This document shows, piece by piece, positions 48,904 to 58,363 of a stretch of 64,000 nucleotides of DNA. Source of the stretch: a virus; the IMG/VR virus record IMGVR_UViG_3300021197_001931, positions 64,001 through 128,000 of that record; one strand, 5' to 3'. The notes beneath the pieces were generated by a model. The model ran no database searches. It saw only the letters and a list, made by a program, of their open reading frames with translations, and was not told the origin of the DNA. Within the stretch, counting starts at the first letter, position 1. Each line of letters starts with the position of its first letter. A program made the translations under genes and the position numbers.

Positions 48904-49724
48904 TCGGATTAGGTGCAGCGGGTTGTAGAATAGCTGATAAATTCTCTCAATACCCTCAATATGATATTTATAAGATGGATGTCGGCCTCAAAAGAACTCC
49001 AAGAACATATGGCATAAAAAAAGCCAGCACCCCCGAAGAGTTTGAGCAATCAATCGGCAGCCTTAAGAGATTCTTCAAGCCGTTACAGGGTGAAGTTTTA
49101 TTTGTTGTTGGAGCTTCTGGCTTTGTTTCTGGTGCTTCTTTGAGGATTCTTGAACAAATAAAATCACACGACACTTCGATCTTGTGCGTTTGTTCAGACC
49201 CAGAATTACTAGGTGAGATGGATAAGATGCAACAGCGCTTAACTATAAATGTGTTTCAGCAATATGCTAGATCTGGAGTTTTTAATAAAGTGGTGTTGGC
49301 CTACAACAATCAGCTTGAAGATATTTTGGGAGATATTCCAGTGATAGGCTTTTATGACAAGTTGAATGATTTACTTATTTCTACAATTAATATCATAAAT
49401 GTGCTTGACCGCTCTGATAGTATTATGGATAATATTTCATCACCGCATGAGGTTAGTAGGCTGTGCACCTATGGAATCGTTGATTTTCAAACAGGGGAAG
49501 AGAAACTATTTTTTCCTGTTGACAGCGTTAGGGAAAAGGTCTATTATTATGCCATCAATGAGGAGAAATTAAGAGAGTCGAGCGATATTCGCAAGAAAAT
49601 AATTTCTCAAGTTAAGGAGAATTCTGTTGACACGAAGGTATCATATGGAATATACTCTACTCAATACGAAGAAGACTACGTTTATTGCGTAGCATATTCT
49701 TCAACGATACAACAATTAGATTAA
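48891..49724 (+). CDS. divergent tubulin/FtsZ-like protein
   Basis: IIGLGAAGCRIA matches the FtsZ N-terminal loop; signature loop degenerate (GASGFVSGA); NNQL and YDKLN-like blocks. Confidence 0.65.
   Translation: MDSIIGLGAAGCRIADKFSQYPQYDIYKMDVGLKRTPRTYGIKKASTPEEFEQSIGSLKRFFKPLQGEVLFVVGASGFVSGASLRILEQIKSHDTSILCVCSDPELLGEMDKMQQRLTINVFQQYARSGVFNKVVLAYNNQLEDILGDIPVIGFYDKLNDLLISTINIINVLDRSDSIMDNISSPHEVSRLCTYGIVDFQTGEEKLFFPVDSVREKVYYYAINEEKLRESSDIRKKIISQVKENSVDTKVSYGIYSTQYEEDYVYCVAYSSTIQQLD
49519..49547 (+). promoter_or_regulatory. sigma70-like promoter P1 for ssb
   Basis: TTGACA-N17-TATTAT. Confidence 0.65.
49627..49656 (+). promoter_or_regulatory. sigma70-like promoter P2 for ssb
   Basis: TTGACA-N18-TATACT. 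Confidence 0.65.
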
Positions 49725-49772
49725 CCAGAAGTTGGGGATATTTGCCCAATTTACTATACAAGGAGAAAAATA

Positions 49773-50528
49773 ATGGGAATCAATCTAGACAAAATGCGAG
49801 AGAAGCTTGCCGCAGTTCAGAACCGTGGTGATTCAAGTAAGAGTGCTTTCTGGCGTCCAGTGGACGGCGACCAGACTATTCGAATTATTCCAACAGAGGA
49901 TGGAGACCCTTTCAAGGAGGTATATTTTCACTATAATGTAGCTAAGGGTGGAATTGTTTGTCCAAAGCGTAACTATGGTGATGACTGTCCGATTTGCGAG
50001 TTTGGATCAAAGCTGTGGCGTGAAGGGTCAGATAACAACGATGATGCTTCAAAGAGGATGGCAAAGAGCCTGTTTGCAAGGCAGCGATTCTTTAGCCCTG
50101 TAATGGTGCGAGGAGAAGAGCAAGAAGGTCCCCGATGGTGGGGCTATGGCAAGATGGCCTATGAGACACTTCTCAGCCTTGTTCTAAATCCTGATTATGG
50201 GGATATCACTGACCCAGAAGAAGGAACCGACCTTGTTCTTAGTTACGGCAAGCCACCTGGTGCTTCGTTCCCGCAAACAAAGATCCAGCCTCGACGTAGG
50301 ACTTCTCTCATGATGGAAGACGAAAACACAATTGCTGCAACTCTAAGCGCTATTCCGGACGTTGAACAGCTTTTTGAACGTAAGTCGACCCAAGAGGTCC
50401 AGGCGATACTTGACGAGTTTATGTCTAAGGACGTAGATGCGGAGGCCTCATCTTCGGAATCTGTTCACTATGGCAAGAACAGCGGAAATTCTGTTGATCA
50501 GGCATTTAAAGAGCTAATGAACGCATAG
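49773..50528 (+). CDS. single-stranded DNA-binding protein (gp32-like)
   Basis: FWRP, IRIIP, HY...CP...CPIC, DITDPEEGTD; acidic tail. Confidence 0.88.
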   Translation: MGINLDKMREKLAAVQNRGDSSKSAFWRPVDGDQTIRIIPTEDGDPFKEVYFHYNVAKGGIVCPKRNYGDDCPICEFGSKLWREGSDNNDDASKRMAKSLFARQRFFSPVMVRGEEQEGPRWWGYGKMAYETLLSLVLNPDYGDITDPEEGTDLVLSYGKPPGASFPQTKIQPRRRTSLMMEDENTIAATLSAIPDVEQLFERKSTQEVQAILDEFMSKDVDAEASSSESVHYGKNSGNSVDQAFKELMNA

Positions 50529-50546
50529 TTCAAACACATTTGACTT

Positions 50547-50570
50547 GGGGCCCAGAGGGCCCCTTGTCTT
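50547..50570 (+). terminator. GC hairpin between ssb and recA (weak terminator or processing site)
   Basis: GGGGCCC-AGA-GGGCCCC followed by TTGTCTT. Confidence 0.5.
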
Positions 50571-50579
50571 GGAGGGATA

Positions 50580-51695
50580 ATGGCAAGAGCGAGAAAAGTA
50601 AAAACTGGTAAGTTGTCAATGGATGAGATGCGTGGCTTGATTAATAAGCAGGCTGGCTGCGAGGTGGCGTTTAATTTAAATGAGGATAATCCCACAGAGG
50701 TAGAGGAGTGGATCCCAACTGGATCTAGGTGGCTTGATTCTATTGTTTGTCGAGGGCGTCTGGCAGGTATCCCGGTCGGTAAAGTAATTGAAATTGCCGG
50801 ATTAGAGGCCACAGGCAAATCATATATGGCTGCCCAGGTAGCAGCCAATGCTCAAAAGATGGGGATTGATGTTTTCTACTTTGATTCTGAATCAGCAATT
50901 GATCCAACTTTTCTAGTTCGATCAGGATGTGATCTGGACAATATGATGTATGTTCAGGCCTCATCAGTTGAGTTTGTGTTAGAAACCATAGAGATGCTCT
51001 TGTCGTCTAATGACAATAAGATGTTATTTATCTGGGACTCTTTAGCATTAACACCAGCTATTAGTGATATTGAGGGTGATTTTAATCCTCAATCTTCAAT
51101 GGCCATGAAGGCTAGAATTTTGTCCAAAGGTATGGCCAAATTGACACAGCCGATTGCTAATTCGAAATCAACATTTCTTGTGCTTAACCAGCTAAAGTCA
51201 AACATTACTAGAGTGGCTGCTGAAGCTCTAACTACTCCATATGTTACTCCTGGTGGTAAGTCTATGATTTACGCCTACTCCCTTAGAATTTGGCTAACGG
51301 GCCGCAAAGCTAAGAAGAGTTTTGTAGTGGATGAGAATGGGTTTAGAGTCGGAAGTGAGGTAAAAGTAAAGTTAGAAAAATCAAGGTTTGGAACCCAAGG
51401 GAGACAGTGCACTTTCAAAATTCTTTGGGGAGACGAGATTGGTATTCAGGATGATGAAAGTCTCTTTGAAGCTATTAAGTCTTCAAAGTACCTAGATCAA
51501 CGTGGTGCCTGGTATGAGTTGGATATGGGCAACGATACCAAAGAAAAATTTCAATCATCAAAGTGGGTTGAACTTATGCAAAATGATTCGTTTAAGCAGA
51601 GAGTTCACAACATAATGGATGAAGAGATTATTTTTAATTTTGAAAAACGAGAGGGAAGCGCAGAGGACTACTATAATATTGATCCCGAAGAGTAG
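50580..51695 (+). CDS. recA: RecA/UvsX recombinase
   Basis: IPTGS, GLEATGKS, DSE, IWDS, NQL, TPGG. Confidence 0.95.
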   Translation: MARARKVKTGKLSMDEMRGLINKQAGCEVAFNLNEDNPTEVEEWIPTGSRWLDSIVCRGRLAGIPVGKVIEIAGLEATGKSYMAAQVAANAQKMGIDVFYFDSESAIDPTFLVRSGCDLDNMMYVQASSVEFVLETIEMLLSSNDNKMLFIWDSLALTPAISDIEGDFNPQSSMAMKARILSKGMAKLTQPIANSKSTFLVLNQLKSNITRVAAEALTTPYVTPGGKSMIYAYSLRIWLTGRKAKKSFVVDENGFRVGSEVKVKLEKSRFGTQGRQCTFKILWGDEIGIQDDESLFEAIKSSKYLDQRGAWYELDMGNDTKEKFQSSKWVELMQNDSFKQRVHNIMDEEIIFNFEKREGSAEDYYNIDPEE

Positions 51696-51706
51696 TCTAA
51701 AAAGCG

Positions 51707-51756
51707 TTGACTTCACCCCCTCCTTGATGTATATTACATGCATATCAAGGAGGGGG
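51707..51756 (+). promoter_or_regulatory. sigma70-like promoter inside an RBS-sequestering inverted repeat
   Basis: TTGACT-N17-TATATT; perfect 13-bp arms at 51716-51728 and 51744-51756. Confidence 0.8.
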
Positions 51757-51757
51757 C

Positions 51758-52153
51758 ATGGTTATTTCCGGCAGACACAAGAGACATATTAAGTTGGCCA
51801 AGAGGGTCGCATATCAGTCTGATTTCCACGAGTATCGTCATGGCGCAGTTCTGGTAAAGGGCAATCGTGTACTAAATACATCAGCAAACAAGAATAGCTA
51901 TAAGCTATGGGGACAAAGGTTCCGCCACCGTGATTGTGGATACGCTACCCATCACGCAGAACTTGGATGTATTCTTGGCGTCGACAGGTCTATCACCCAA
52001 GGTGCAACAGTTTATGTAGCCCGTATCGGCAAGAAGGGGGAGTTTAGAATGTCTAAGCCCTGTTCGATGTGCGAATCAGCCATGAGACACGTAGGCATCA
52101 AAAAGGTTGTATACACTGTTGATGAAGAAGAGATTGGTTCCTTTAAGCTATGA
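51758..52153 (+). CDS. zinc-dependent cytidine/dCMP deaminase-family protein
   Basis: HGAVLV, HAE, SKPCSMC. Confidence 0.88.
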   Translation: MVISGRHKRHIKLAKRVAYQSDFHEYRHGAVLVKGNRVLNTSANKNSYKLWGQRFRHRDCGYATHHAELGCILGVDRSITQGATVYVARIGKKGEFRMSKPCSMCESAMRHVGIKKVVYTVDEEEIGSFKL

Positions 52154-53106
52154 AGAGAGTTTTGATAATCGATGGCCTCAATTCTTATTATAGAGCTTAT
52201 ATTTGTGACCCCAGTGTTTCATCCCATGGCCAGCCTATAGGGGGTATAAAGGGGTTTATCAAAATTCTACAGAGAATGTGCCGCGAGGTAAAACCTGATA
52301 GAATTGTAATTTGTTGGGATGGTCCTGGTGGGAGTAGAAAAAGGCGCACACAGAATAAAAACTATAAATCAGGAAGAAAGCCAATAAAGCTAAACAGAAA
52401 TATACATGTTTTGTCTGTGGACGAAGAGCTAGAAAACAAAGTCTGGCAACAAACAGAGCTAGTAGACATGTTAAACGATATGCCGGTAATTCAACTTTTA
52501 TTTCCAGAGGTTGAGGCTGACGATATTATAAGCTGTGTTGCTCAGGCACCGGTGTTCTCAGGTTGGCAAAAAATCATTGTATCGTCCGATAAAGACTTTA
52601 TTCAACTATGTGATGACGATGTAATACTTTACAGGCCGTCACAAAAACAAATTTTAAATAAGCCAAGAATTATCGAGACTTACGGAATTCATCCAACTAA
52701 TTTTGCCCTAGCTAGAGCTATCGCAGGAGACCCTAGCGACAACATAAAGGGCGTGCAAGGCGTGGGTTTAACCACAGTATCAAAAAGATTTGTTTTTCTG
52801 AAAGAGGAAAAGTCTTTTACTTTTAAAGACATATATGATTTTTGCGATGAAGTAGAGAAAAAACTTAAGGTTCATACGTCTATTTTAGAGAACAAAAAGG
52901 TAATAGAAAATAATTATAAACTGATGCAGCTTTACTCTCCATCGATATCGGTCCAGAGTAGAAAAAAAGTAAATTATATACTTGAGAACGCAGACTTGTC
53001 TTTTAATAAAACAGCCATTATGAAGACAATGTATGGAATAGGATTCGGCGAATTAAACTGGTCGGATCTTTCCACAACCTTAAGAAGAATTTCGGTTGAA
53101 AAGTAA
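52150..53106 (+). CDS. 5'-3' exonuclease (Pol I N-terminal / T4 RNase H-like)
   Basis: LIIDG, YKSGR, EADD, SSDKD, GDPSDNIKGV. Confidence 0.93.
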   Translation: MKRVLIIDGLNSYYRAYICDPSVSSHGQPIGGIKGFIKILQRMCREVKPDRIVICWDGPGGSRKRRTQNKNYKSGRKPIKLNRNIHVLSVDEELENKVWQQTELVDMLNDMPVIQLLFPEVEADDIISCVAQAPVFSGWQKIIVSSDKDFIQLCDDDVILYRPSQKQILNKPRIIETYGIHPTNFALARAIAGDPSDNIKGVQGVGLTTVSKRFVFLKEEKSFTFKDIYDFCDEVEKKLKVHTSILENKKVIENNYKLMQLYSPSISVQSRKKVNYILENADLSFNKTAIMKTMYGIGFGELNWSDLSTTLRRISVEK

Positions 53107-53140
53107 TAAATTTTGTGACATAGTATAAACAGGGGATCAA

Positions 53141-54523
53141 ATGAAGTTTAATGAGAAGGCCGATTTTAGTCGGTTTGGTAAGTCGTTTCAAGAAAGTTTG
53201 TGCCAACTTGTGTTGCAAGATAGGCCGTTTGCGGATCAAATCTCTGAGGTCCTTGATTACAGCTTCTTTGAGCTGAAATACCTTCAGACATTCGTAAGAA
53301 AGATATTTTCTTATCGTAACAAGTATGGGGTTCACCCTTCTAGTAAAATTATGATGACTATTTTGCGTTCTGACCTTGAGAACGAGACTGAGATAGTTCA
53401 AAAGCAAATTAGAGATTATTTTGCTAGGATTTATGAACAGGAAATCCAAGACTCGGATTATATTAAAGATACCTCTCTAGAATTTTGTAAGAAGCAGAAA
53501 CTTAAAGAGGCAATGCTTAAGTCTGTAGAACTGCTACAAAATTCTTCTTTTGAGGAGATTGCTAGTACAATCAACGAGGCCCTTCGTCTGGGGTCAGATA
53601 ATAATTTTGGTTATGATTATTTAAAAGACTTTGAGCAGAGATTCCTTTTTAAGGCACGAAACCCTATTGCTACTGGCTGGAAGGAAATGGATAATATCGT
53701 AAAAGATGGCCTTGGAAAGGGCGAGCTTGGTGTCGTAATCGCCCCTACTGGGGCTGGAAAGTCAATGGCCCTTGTTCATATTGGAGCCCAAGCAGTTAAG
53801 GCTGGCAAAACGGTCGTTTACTATACTTTGGAGCTTCAAGACACTGTGGTTGGCACTAGATTTGATAGTTGCATAACCGGACTGCCGCTGAATGATCTCA
53901 GGCCGTTGAAGGAAGAAGTGTTTGAGATGGTAAAGGATCTGCCTGGCAAACTTATCATCAAGGAATATCCAACAAGGTCTGCGAGCACAAACACGCTAAA
54001 AACACACATTGAAAAGTTGAAGAATCGAGATATTCATGTAGACATGGTAATTGTAGATTACGCAGACCTTCTTCGACCAGTTAATATCCGAAAAGAAAGA
54101 AGGCACGAACTTGAGAATCTTTATGAAGATTTGCGAGGGATGGCACAAGAGTTTAAATTTTGTGTCTGGACAGCTTCACAAACAAATCGTTCTGGGTTAA
54201 ACTCGGAAATCATCACAATGGAGTCAATATCAGAGGCGTTCAACAAATGCTTTGTTGCAGACTTTATTTTCTCCATCTCTCGCACTATTCAAGACAAGGC
54301 AGTGAATGGGGGTAGAGTATTTGTTGCTAAAAATAGAAATGGGCCAGATGGGATTGTTTTTCCGATATTCATGGATACATCAAATGTCTGCATTAAAGTT
54401 TTGCCTCAATTGGCAGAAGAAAACTTAAATGGAACAAACGCTCCATCATCAAAGGAACAATCGCAAGTTCTTTACGAAAAGTATAAGAAGTTCAAGAAGG
54501 GATCAAATGTAAATGTACAATGA
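53141..54523 (+). CDS. replicative helicase (DnaB/gp41-like)
   Basis: APTGAGKS, TLE, IVDYAD, TASQTNR, KNRNG. Confidence 0.93.
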   Translation: MKFNEKADFSRFGKSFQESLCQLVLQDRPFADQISEVLDYSFFELKYLQTFVRKIFSYRNKYGVHPSSKIMMTILRSDLENETEIVQKQIRDYFARIYEQEIQDSDYIKDTSLEFCKKQKLKEAMLKSVELLQNSSFEEIASTINEALRLGSDNNFGYDYLKDFEQRFLFKARNPIATGWKEMDNIVKDGLGKGELGVVIAPTGAGKSMALVHIGAQAVKAGKTVVYYTLELQDTVVGTRFDSCITGLPLNDLRPLKEEVFEMVKDLPGKLIIKEYPTRSASTNTLKTHIEKLKNRDIHVDMVIVDYADLLRPVNIRKERRHELENLYEDLRGMAQEFKFCVWTASQTNRSGLNSEIITMESISEAFNKCFVADFIFSISRTIQDKAVNGGRVFVAKNRNGPDGIVFPIFMDTSNVCIKVLPQLAEENLNGTNAPSSKEQSQVLYEKYKKFKKGSNVNVQ

Positions 54524-56939
54524 AGAAGAAGTAAGAGAGAAAACTCTAGAATATTTTAATGGAGATGAGTTAGCCACTAATGTTTTTATGACAAAGTATT
54601 GTCTCAAAAACAAACAAAGCCAATTTACAGAGCTATCTCCTGACGACATGCACATTCGCATGGCAAAGGAGTTTTCTAGAATTGAAGAAAAATTTGGTGG
54701 CCCCTCCGCCCTCTCTTATGATAAAATTTATGAACTCTTAAAGGGATTTAATAAAGTGGTTCCGCAAGGGTCGCCAATGATGGGTATTGGAAATAATCAT
54801 GTTAATGTTTCTCTCTCAAATTGTGTCGTGGTGGACAGCCCAGCTGATAACGTTTCTTCCATCATGGATGCTGGTAAGCACCTCGCCAATCTATTTAAAC
54901 GGCGTTGTGGTGTTGGGCTTGACCTTTCTAATCTACGGCCACAAGACACTCCTGTCAATAACTCGGCTGGTACGACTACTGGCGCTTGGAGCTTTGCTGA
55001 TTTCTATTCTTACGTTTGTCGTATGATTGGCCAGAATGGTCGCCGTGGAGCACTGATGATTAGTCTTGACGTGCGCCATCCTGATGTTTTTGAATTTATT
55101 AAAATGAAGCATGACCTTGCAAAGGTCACTGGGGCAAATGTATCTGTTCGCATTACTGACGACTTTATGAGGGCGGTGATGGAGGATGGTAATTACCACC
55201 TTCATTTCCCAGTGGGTTCGCCTAATCCAACATATACTACGATTGTTAAGGCAAAAGAGGTGTGGCAAGAAATTGTTGAGTCTGCAACAAAAACAGCAGA
55301 ACCGGGTATCCTAATGTGGGACAACATAACAAAAAACCTACCAGCAGAAGCCTATGCTGACCAGGGCTTTAAAACCTTGACAACTAATCCGTGCGGAGAG
55401 ATCCCTCTCTCGGCCTACGATAGTTGCCGCCTTATTTCTGTAAATCTAAAAAACTTTGTAAGGGACCGATGGACGGACCACGCTACATTTGATTTTAAAG
55501 AATTTGCATCTATTGTCAGAAGTGCAATGAGATTGTCAGACGACCTTGTTGAACTAGAAATTGAAAAACTTAATAACATTTTAAACAAAGCTGACACACA
55601 AGATGAGAAAGATCTTTGGACGAATCTGCTAAATGCATGCCAGAACGGTCGTCGCACGGGATTGGGTACTCACGGGCTTGCTGACGCTATTGCCAACTTG
55701 GGCTTTGCTTATGATTCACCAGAGGCATTAGAGATCATTGATAAGATATATGAAACTTTAAAGATTAATGCTTACGGCGAAAGTGTGAATCTCTCTAAAG
55801 AAAGGGGCTCTTTCCCAATTTTTGACTGGGATACAGAAAAGGATAATAATTTCATTTCCTCTCTCCCCGCCGAACTAAGAGAAGCTATTAAAGAATTTGG
55901 ACGGAGAAATATTTCTATTTTGACCAATGCTCCTACTGGCAGTGTGTCAATCATGTCCCAAACAAGCTCCGGACTAGAGCCAGTATTTAGAAACTCTTAT
56001 ACTCGACGTCGAAAGCTCTCTCACAATGATACAAACGAGGTTGCCGACTTTGTTGATGAATTGGGAGATGGCTGGAAAGAATTTAAAGTGTTTCACCATA
56101 ACGTAGCAGAATATTTAGCTGAGTTTGGACTATCTGACATCGATGTACCACCTTTCTTCACTGAGAGTGATGGAATTGATTGGCAACAGAGAGTAAATAT
56201 CCAAGCAGTTATTCAGCGCCATATTGACCACTCGATTAGCTCCACTATTAATCTTCCAAAGGGAACTTCTCCTGATGTTGTTGCCGAGCTATATTTGGAG
56301 GGGTGGCGCCGTGGCTTAAAAGGAGTTACAGTTTATGTAGATGGTTCTCGCTCTGGCGTACTCGTTACTGAAACAGATGCAAAGCAAGAGGACTTTCCTC
56401 AACACAGCGCTCCTAAGAGGCCCAAAGAGCTTCCTTGTGATATTCACCACACAACTATCGGTGGCGAAAAATGGGTATTCCTAGTAGGGCTTTGGGAGGG
56501 AAAGCCGTATGAAGTTATGGGTGGATTGGCAAACTTGATTGAAATCCCAAGGAAATACAAGACTGGAACACTTGTCAAACATCCACGAAAAACAATGAAT
56601 TCTGTATATGATTTGAAATTTGGGGCAGACGAAGATGAAGTATTGATTAAAAATGTTGTAAAGGTTTTTGATAACCCTAACAATTCAATCTTCACTAGAA
56701 TGATCTCACTATCGCTAAGACACGGAGCAAAAATTAACTATGTTGTGGAGCAGCTTCAAAAAAATAGAGAAAGTGATATGTTTAGTTTTTCTAGATGTAT
56801 TGCTCGTACTCTCAAGAATTATATCAAGGATGGAGAACGGGCTTCTGAAAAGACTTGCCCCTCGTGTGGCTCCGAAGGATTGATCTATGTGGAGGGTTGT
56901 GCAACTTGCACCAGTTGCGGATATGCAAAATGTGGTTAA
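54513..56939 (+). CDS. nrdJ: class II (B12-dependent) ribonucleotide reductase
   Basis: LSNC, TNPCGE, APTGS, ISSTIN, GVTVY; C-terminal CPSC...CTSC ribbon; no nrdB nearby. Confidence 0.9.
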   Translation: MYNEEEVREKTLEYFNGDELATNVFMTKYCLKNKQSQFTELSPDDMHIRMAKEFSRIEEKFGGPSALSYDKIYELLKGFNKVVPQGSPMMGIGNNHVNVSLSNCVVVDSPADNVSSIMDAGKHLANLFKRRCGVGLDLSNLRPQDTPVNNSAGTTTGAWSFADFYSYVCRMIGQNGRRGALMISLDVRHPDVFEFIKMKHDLAKVTGANVSVRITDDFMRAVMEDGNYHLHFPVGSPNPTYTTIVKAKEVWQEIVESATKTAEPGILMWDNITKNLPAEAYADQGFKTLTTNPCGEIPLSAYDSCRLISVNLKNFVRDRWTDHATFDFKEFASIVRSAMRLSDDLVELEIEKLNNILNKADTQDEKDLWTNLLNACQNGRRTGLGTHGLADAIANLGFAYDSPEALEIIDKIYETLKINAYGESVNLSKERGSFPIFDWDTEKDNNFISSLPAELREAIKEFGRRNISILTNAPTGSVSIMSQTSSGLEPVFRNSYTRRRKLSHNDTNEVADFVDELGDGWKEFKVFHHNVAEYLAEFGLSDIDVPPFFTESDGIDWQQRVNIQAVIQRHIDHSISSTINLPKGTSPDVVAELYLEGWRRGLKGVTVYVDGSRSGVLVTETDAKQEDFPQHSAPKRPKELPCDIHHTTIGGEKWVFLVGLWEGKPYEVMGGLANLIEIPRKYKTGTLVKHPRKTMNSVYDLKFGADEDEVLIKNVVKVFDNPNNSIFTRMISLSLRHGAKINYVVEQLQKNRESDMFSFSRCIARTLKNYIKDGERASEKTCPSCGSEGLIYVEGCATCTSCGYAKCG

Positions 56940-56955
56940 GTTAGGCTAATCAATT

Positions 56956-56964
56956 TGCTATAAT
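56956..56964 (+). promoter_or_regulatory. extended -10 promoter
   Basis: TG-C-TATAAT upstream of the AGGAG SD. Confidence 0.55.
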
Positions 56965-56980
56965 GCGAGAGGAGAAGCAA

Positions 56981-57202
56981 ATGAGATTTAATCACTTATT
57001 ACCACGTCATCTTTCCGAGGGCCATTGCCCCGGAACAAAAAAAGTACATAGATGGAAGCCGGTGTCCATTACTGCCACGCAGGGGGACTATATGAGTGTC
57101 AGCTTTGTGTGCAGTAATTGCAAAGAAAGAGCTGCCAATTTTATAACCTGTGAGCAATATAAGATGCATGCAGAAAAACTAGAAAAGGAGTGTGAATTAT
57201 AA
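56981..57202 (+). CDS. small Zn-ribbon-like protein
   Basis: C...H and CSNC; ATG at 56981 has SD AGGAG. Confidence 0.6.
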   Translation: MRFNHLLPRHLSEGHCPGTKKVHRWKPVSITATQGDYMSVSFVCSNCKERAANFITCEQYKMHAEKLEKECEL

Positions 57203-57483
57203 TGTTAGAGCCAAGAAATCGTCATATTGTTGTTATTCCAAAAGAGGAACAAAACCAAGAGGAGGAGAGGGCAGTATTGTTACCTGAAAATTACCGTAAG
57301 CCACAGTCCGAACACACTGTTGTGTCCGTTGTTTCAGCAGCCCCTGATGTGTCCCAATTAGTAATGGCTGGCGATACTGTTGTTGTTGATAGGTCAATGC
57401 TAAAAGAGATCTCACTTGACGGATCAACATACCATTTAATCCTAGAAAATTATATTCTTGGAATTGTTCAAGCAGAGGTATAA
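57202..57483 (+). CDS. groES: GroES-like co-chaperonin
   Basis: LEPRNRHIVV, LLP, GDTVVV, ILENYILG. Confidence 0.8.
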   Translation: MLEPRNRHIVVIPKEEQNQEEERAVLLPENYRKPQSEHTVVSVVSAAPDVSQLVMAGDTVVVDRSMLKEISLDGSTYHLILENYILGIVQAEV

Positions 57484-57644
57484 TGGCAAAGACAATTAAA
57501 GAACTAGCCGACTCAATCAGTAAGCGTGCAGTTATGTTGAGTGAGCCAAATAGGACTAGAAAGTCCCTTTGGCATCATAAAAATATGATTAAGCTAGAGA
57601 TAAAAAAAATACAAGAAATTATTAGTGCTACGGAGGATCAATGA
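57483..57644 (+). CDS. uncalled 53-aa hypothetical protein
   Basis: ATG after GAGGT; overlaps the groES stop and the thyX start, filling the gap exactly. Confidence 0.6.
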   Translation: MAKTIKELADSISKRAVMLSEPNRTRKSLWHHKNMIKLEIKKIQEIISATEDQ

Positions 57645-58363
57645 GTAAGAGTATTGAGCTTTTTGGTGATGGCATCGGAAAGGTTGAGTACGTTCAACAT
57701 ATGGGCGAGGACATCACAGTTGTTAATTCAGCAAGAGTTTCTTTTGGAAAACAAAAAGAATTTGTCGATGATAAAGATAAGAAGCTAATTAAGTATCTTA
57801 TTAGGCACCGCCACACCTCAACTTTGGAGCATAACAGTGTCACTTTCCGTTTTTGCGTTCCTTTATTTATTCGTAGTCAGCACCACCGTCATCGCACTTG
57901 GTCGTATAATGAAATCTCCAGGCGATACACTGATGTCAACCTCAGCTTTTATGAACCATTGGCTTTCAGGACACAGCATAAGTCAAATCGACAAGCATCG
58001 AACGCAGAAGAACTAGTCGATCCAGATATTTACCATTCTCACCCAGAGATGACTCATCCGGTAAAATCCTCTGCCTCAACCTTGGTGAAAAAGCATCACA
58101 AAGATGCTTTGGATTTGTTTGATAGCCTCCTTGCGTCTGGAGTTTGCCGAGAGCAAGCACGAGGGGTTTTGCCACAAAATCTATATACCGAATACTACGG
58201 CACGGTTAATCTTAGTAATCTTTTAAAATTTATTGATTTACGAACTCACGACGGGGCACAGTGGGAAATACAACAGGTCGCTAAAGCGTGTCTGGAAATC
58301 GCCACTGACTTATGGCCAATTACGGTGGGTGCATACAGAGAAATAAGGCATGCAGAGGATTAG
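57641..58363 (+). CDS. thyX: flavin-dependent thymidylate synthase
   Basis: SARVS, HTSTLEH, RHRTWSYNEISRRY, EQARGVLP, AQWEI. Confidence 0.96.
   Translation: MSKSIELFGDGIGKVEYVQHMGEDITVVNSARVSFGKQKEFVDDKDKKLIKYLIRHRHTSTLEHNSVTFRFCVPLFIRSQHHRHRTWSYNEISRRYTDVNLSFYEPLAFRTQHKSNRQASNAEELVDPDIYHSHPEMTHPVKSSASTLVKKHHKDALDLFDSLLASGVCREQARGVLPQNLYTEYYGTVNLSNLLKFIDLRTHDGAQWEIQQVAKACLEIATDLWPITVGAYREIRHAED

Noticed and set aside
48891-49724. Calling this a nucleus-forming (PhuZ/chimallin) jumbo phage
   Set aside because: The tubulin signature is degenerate, no chimallin or multisubunit RNAP is seen, and the structural genes are T4-like.
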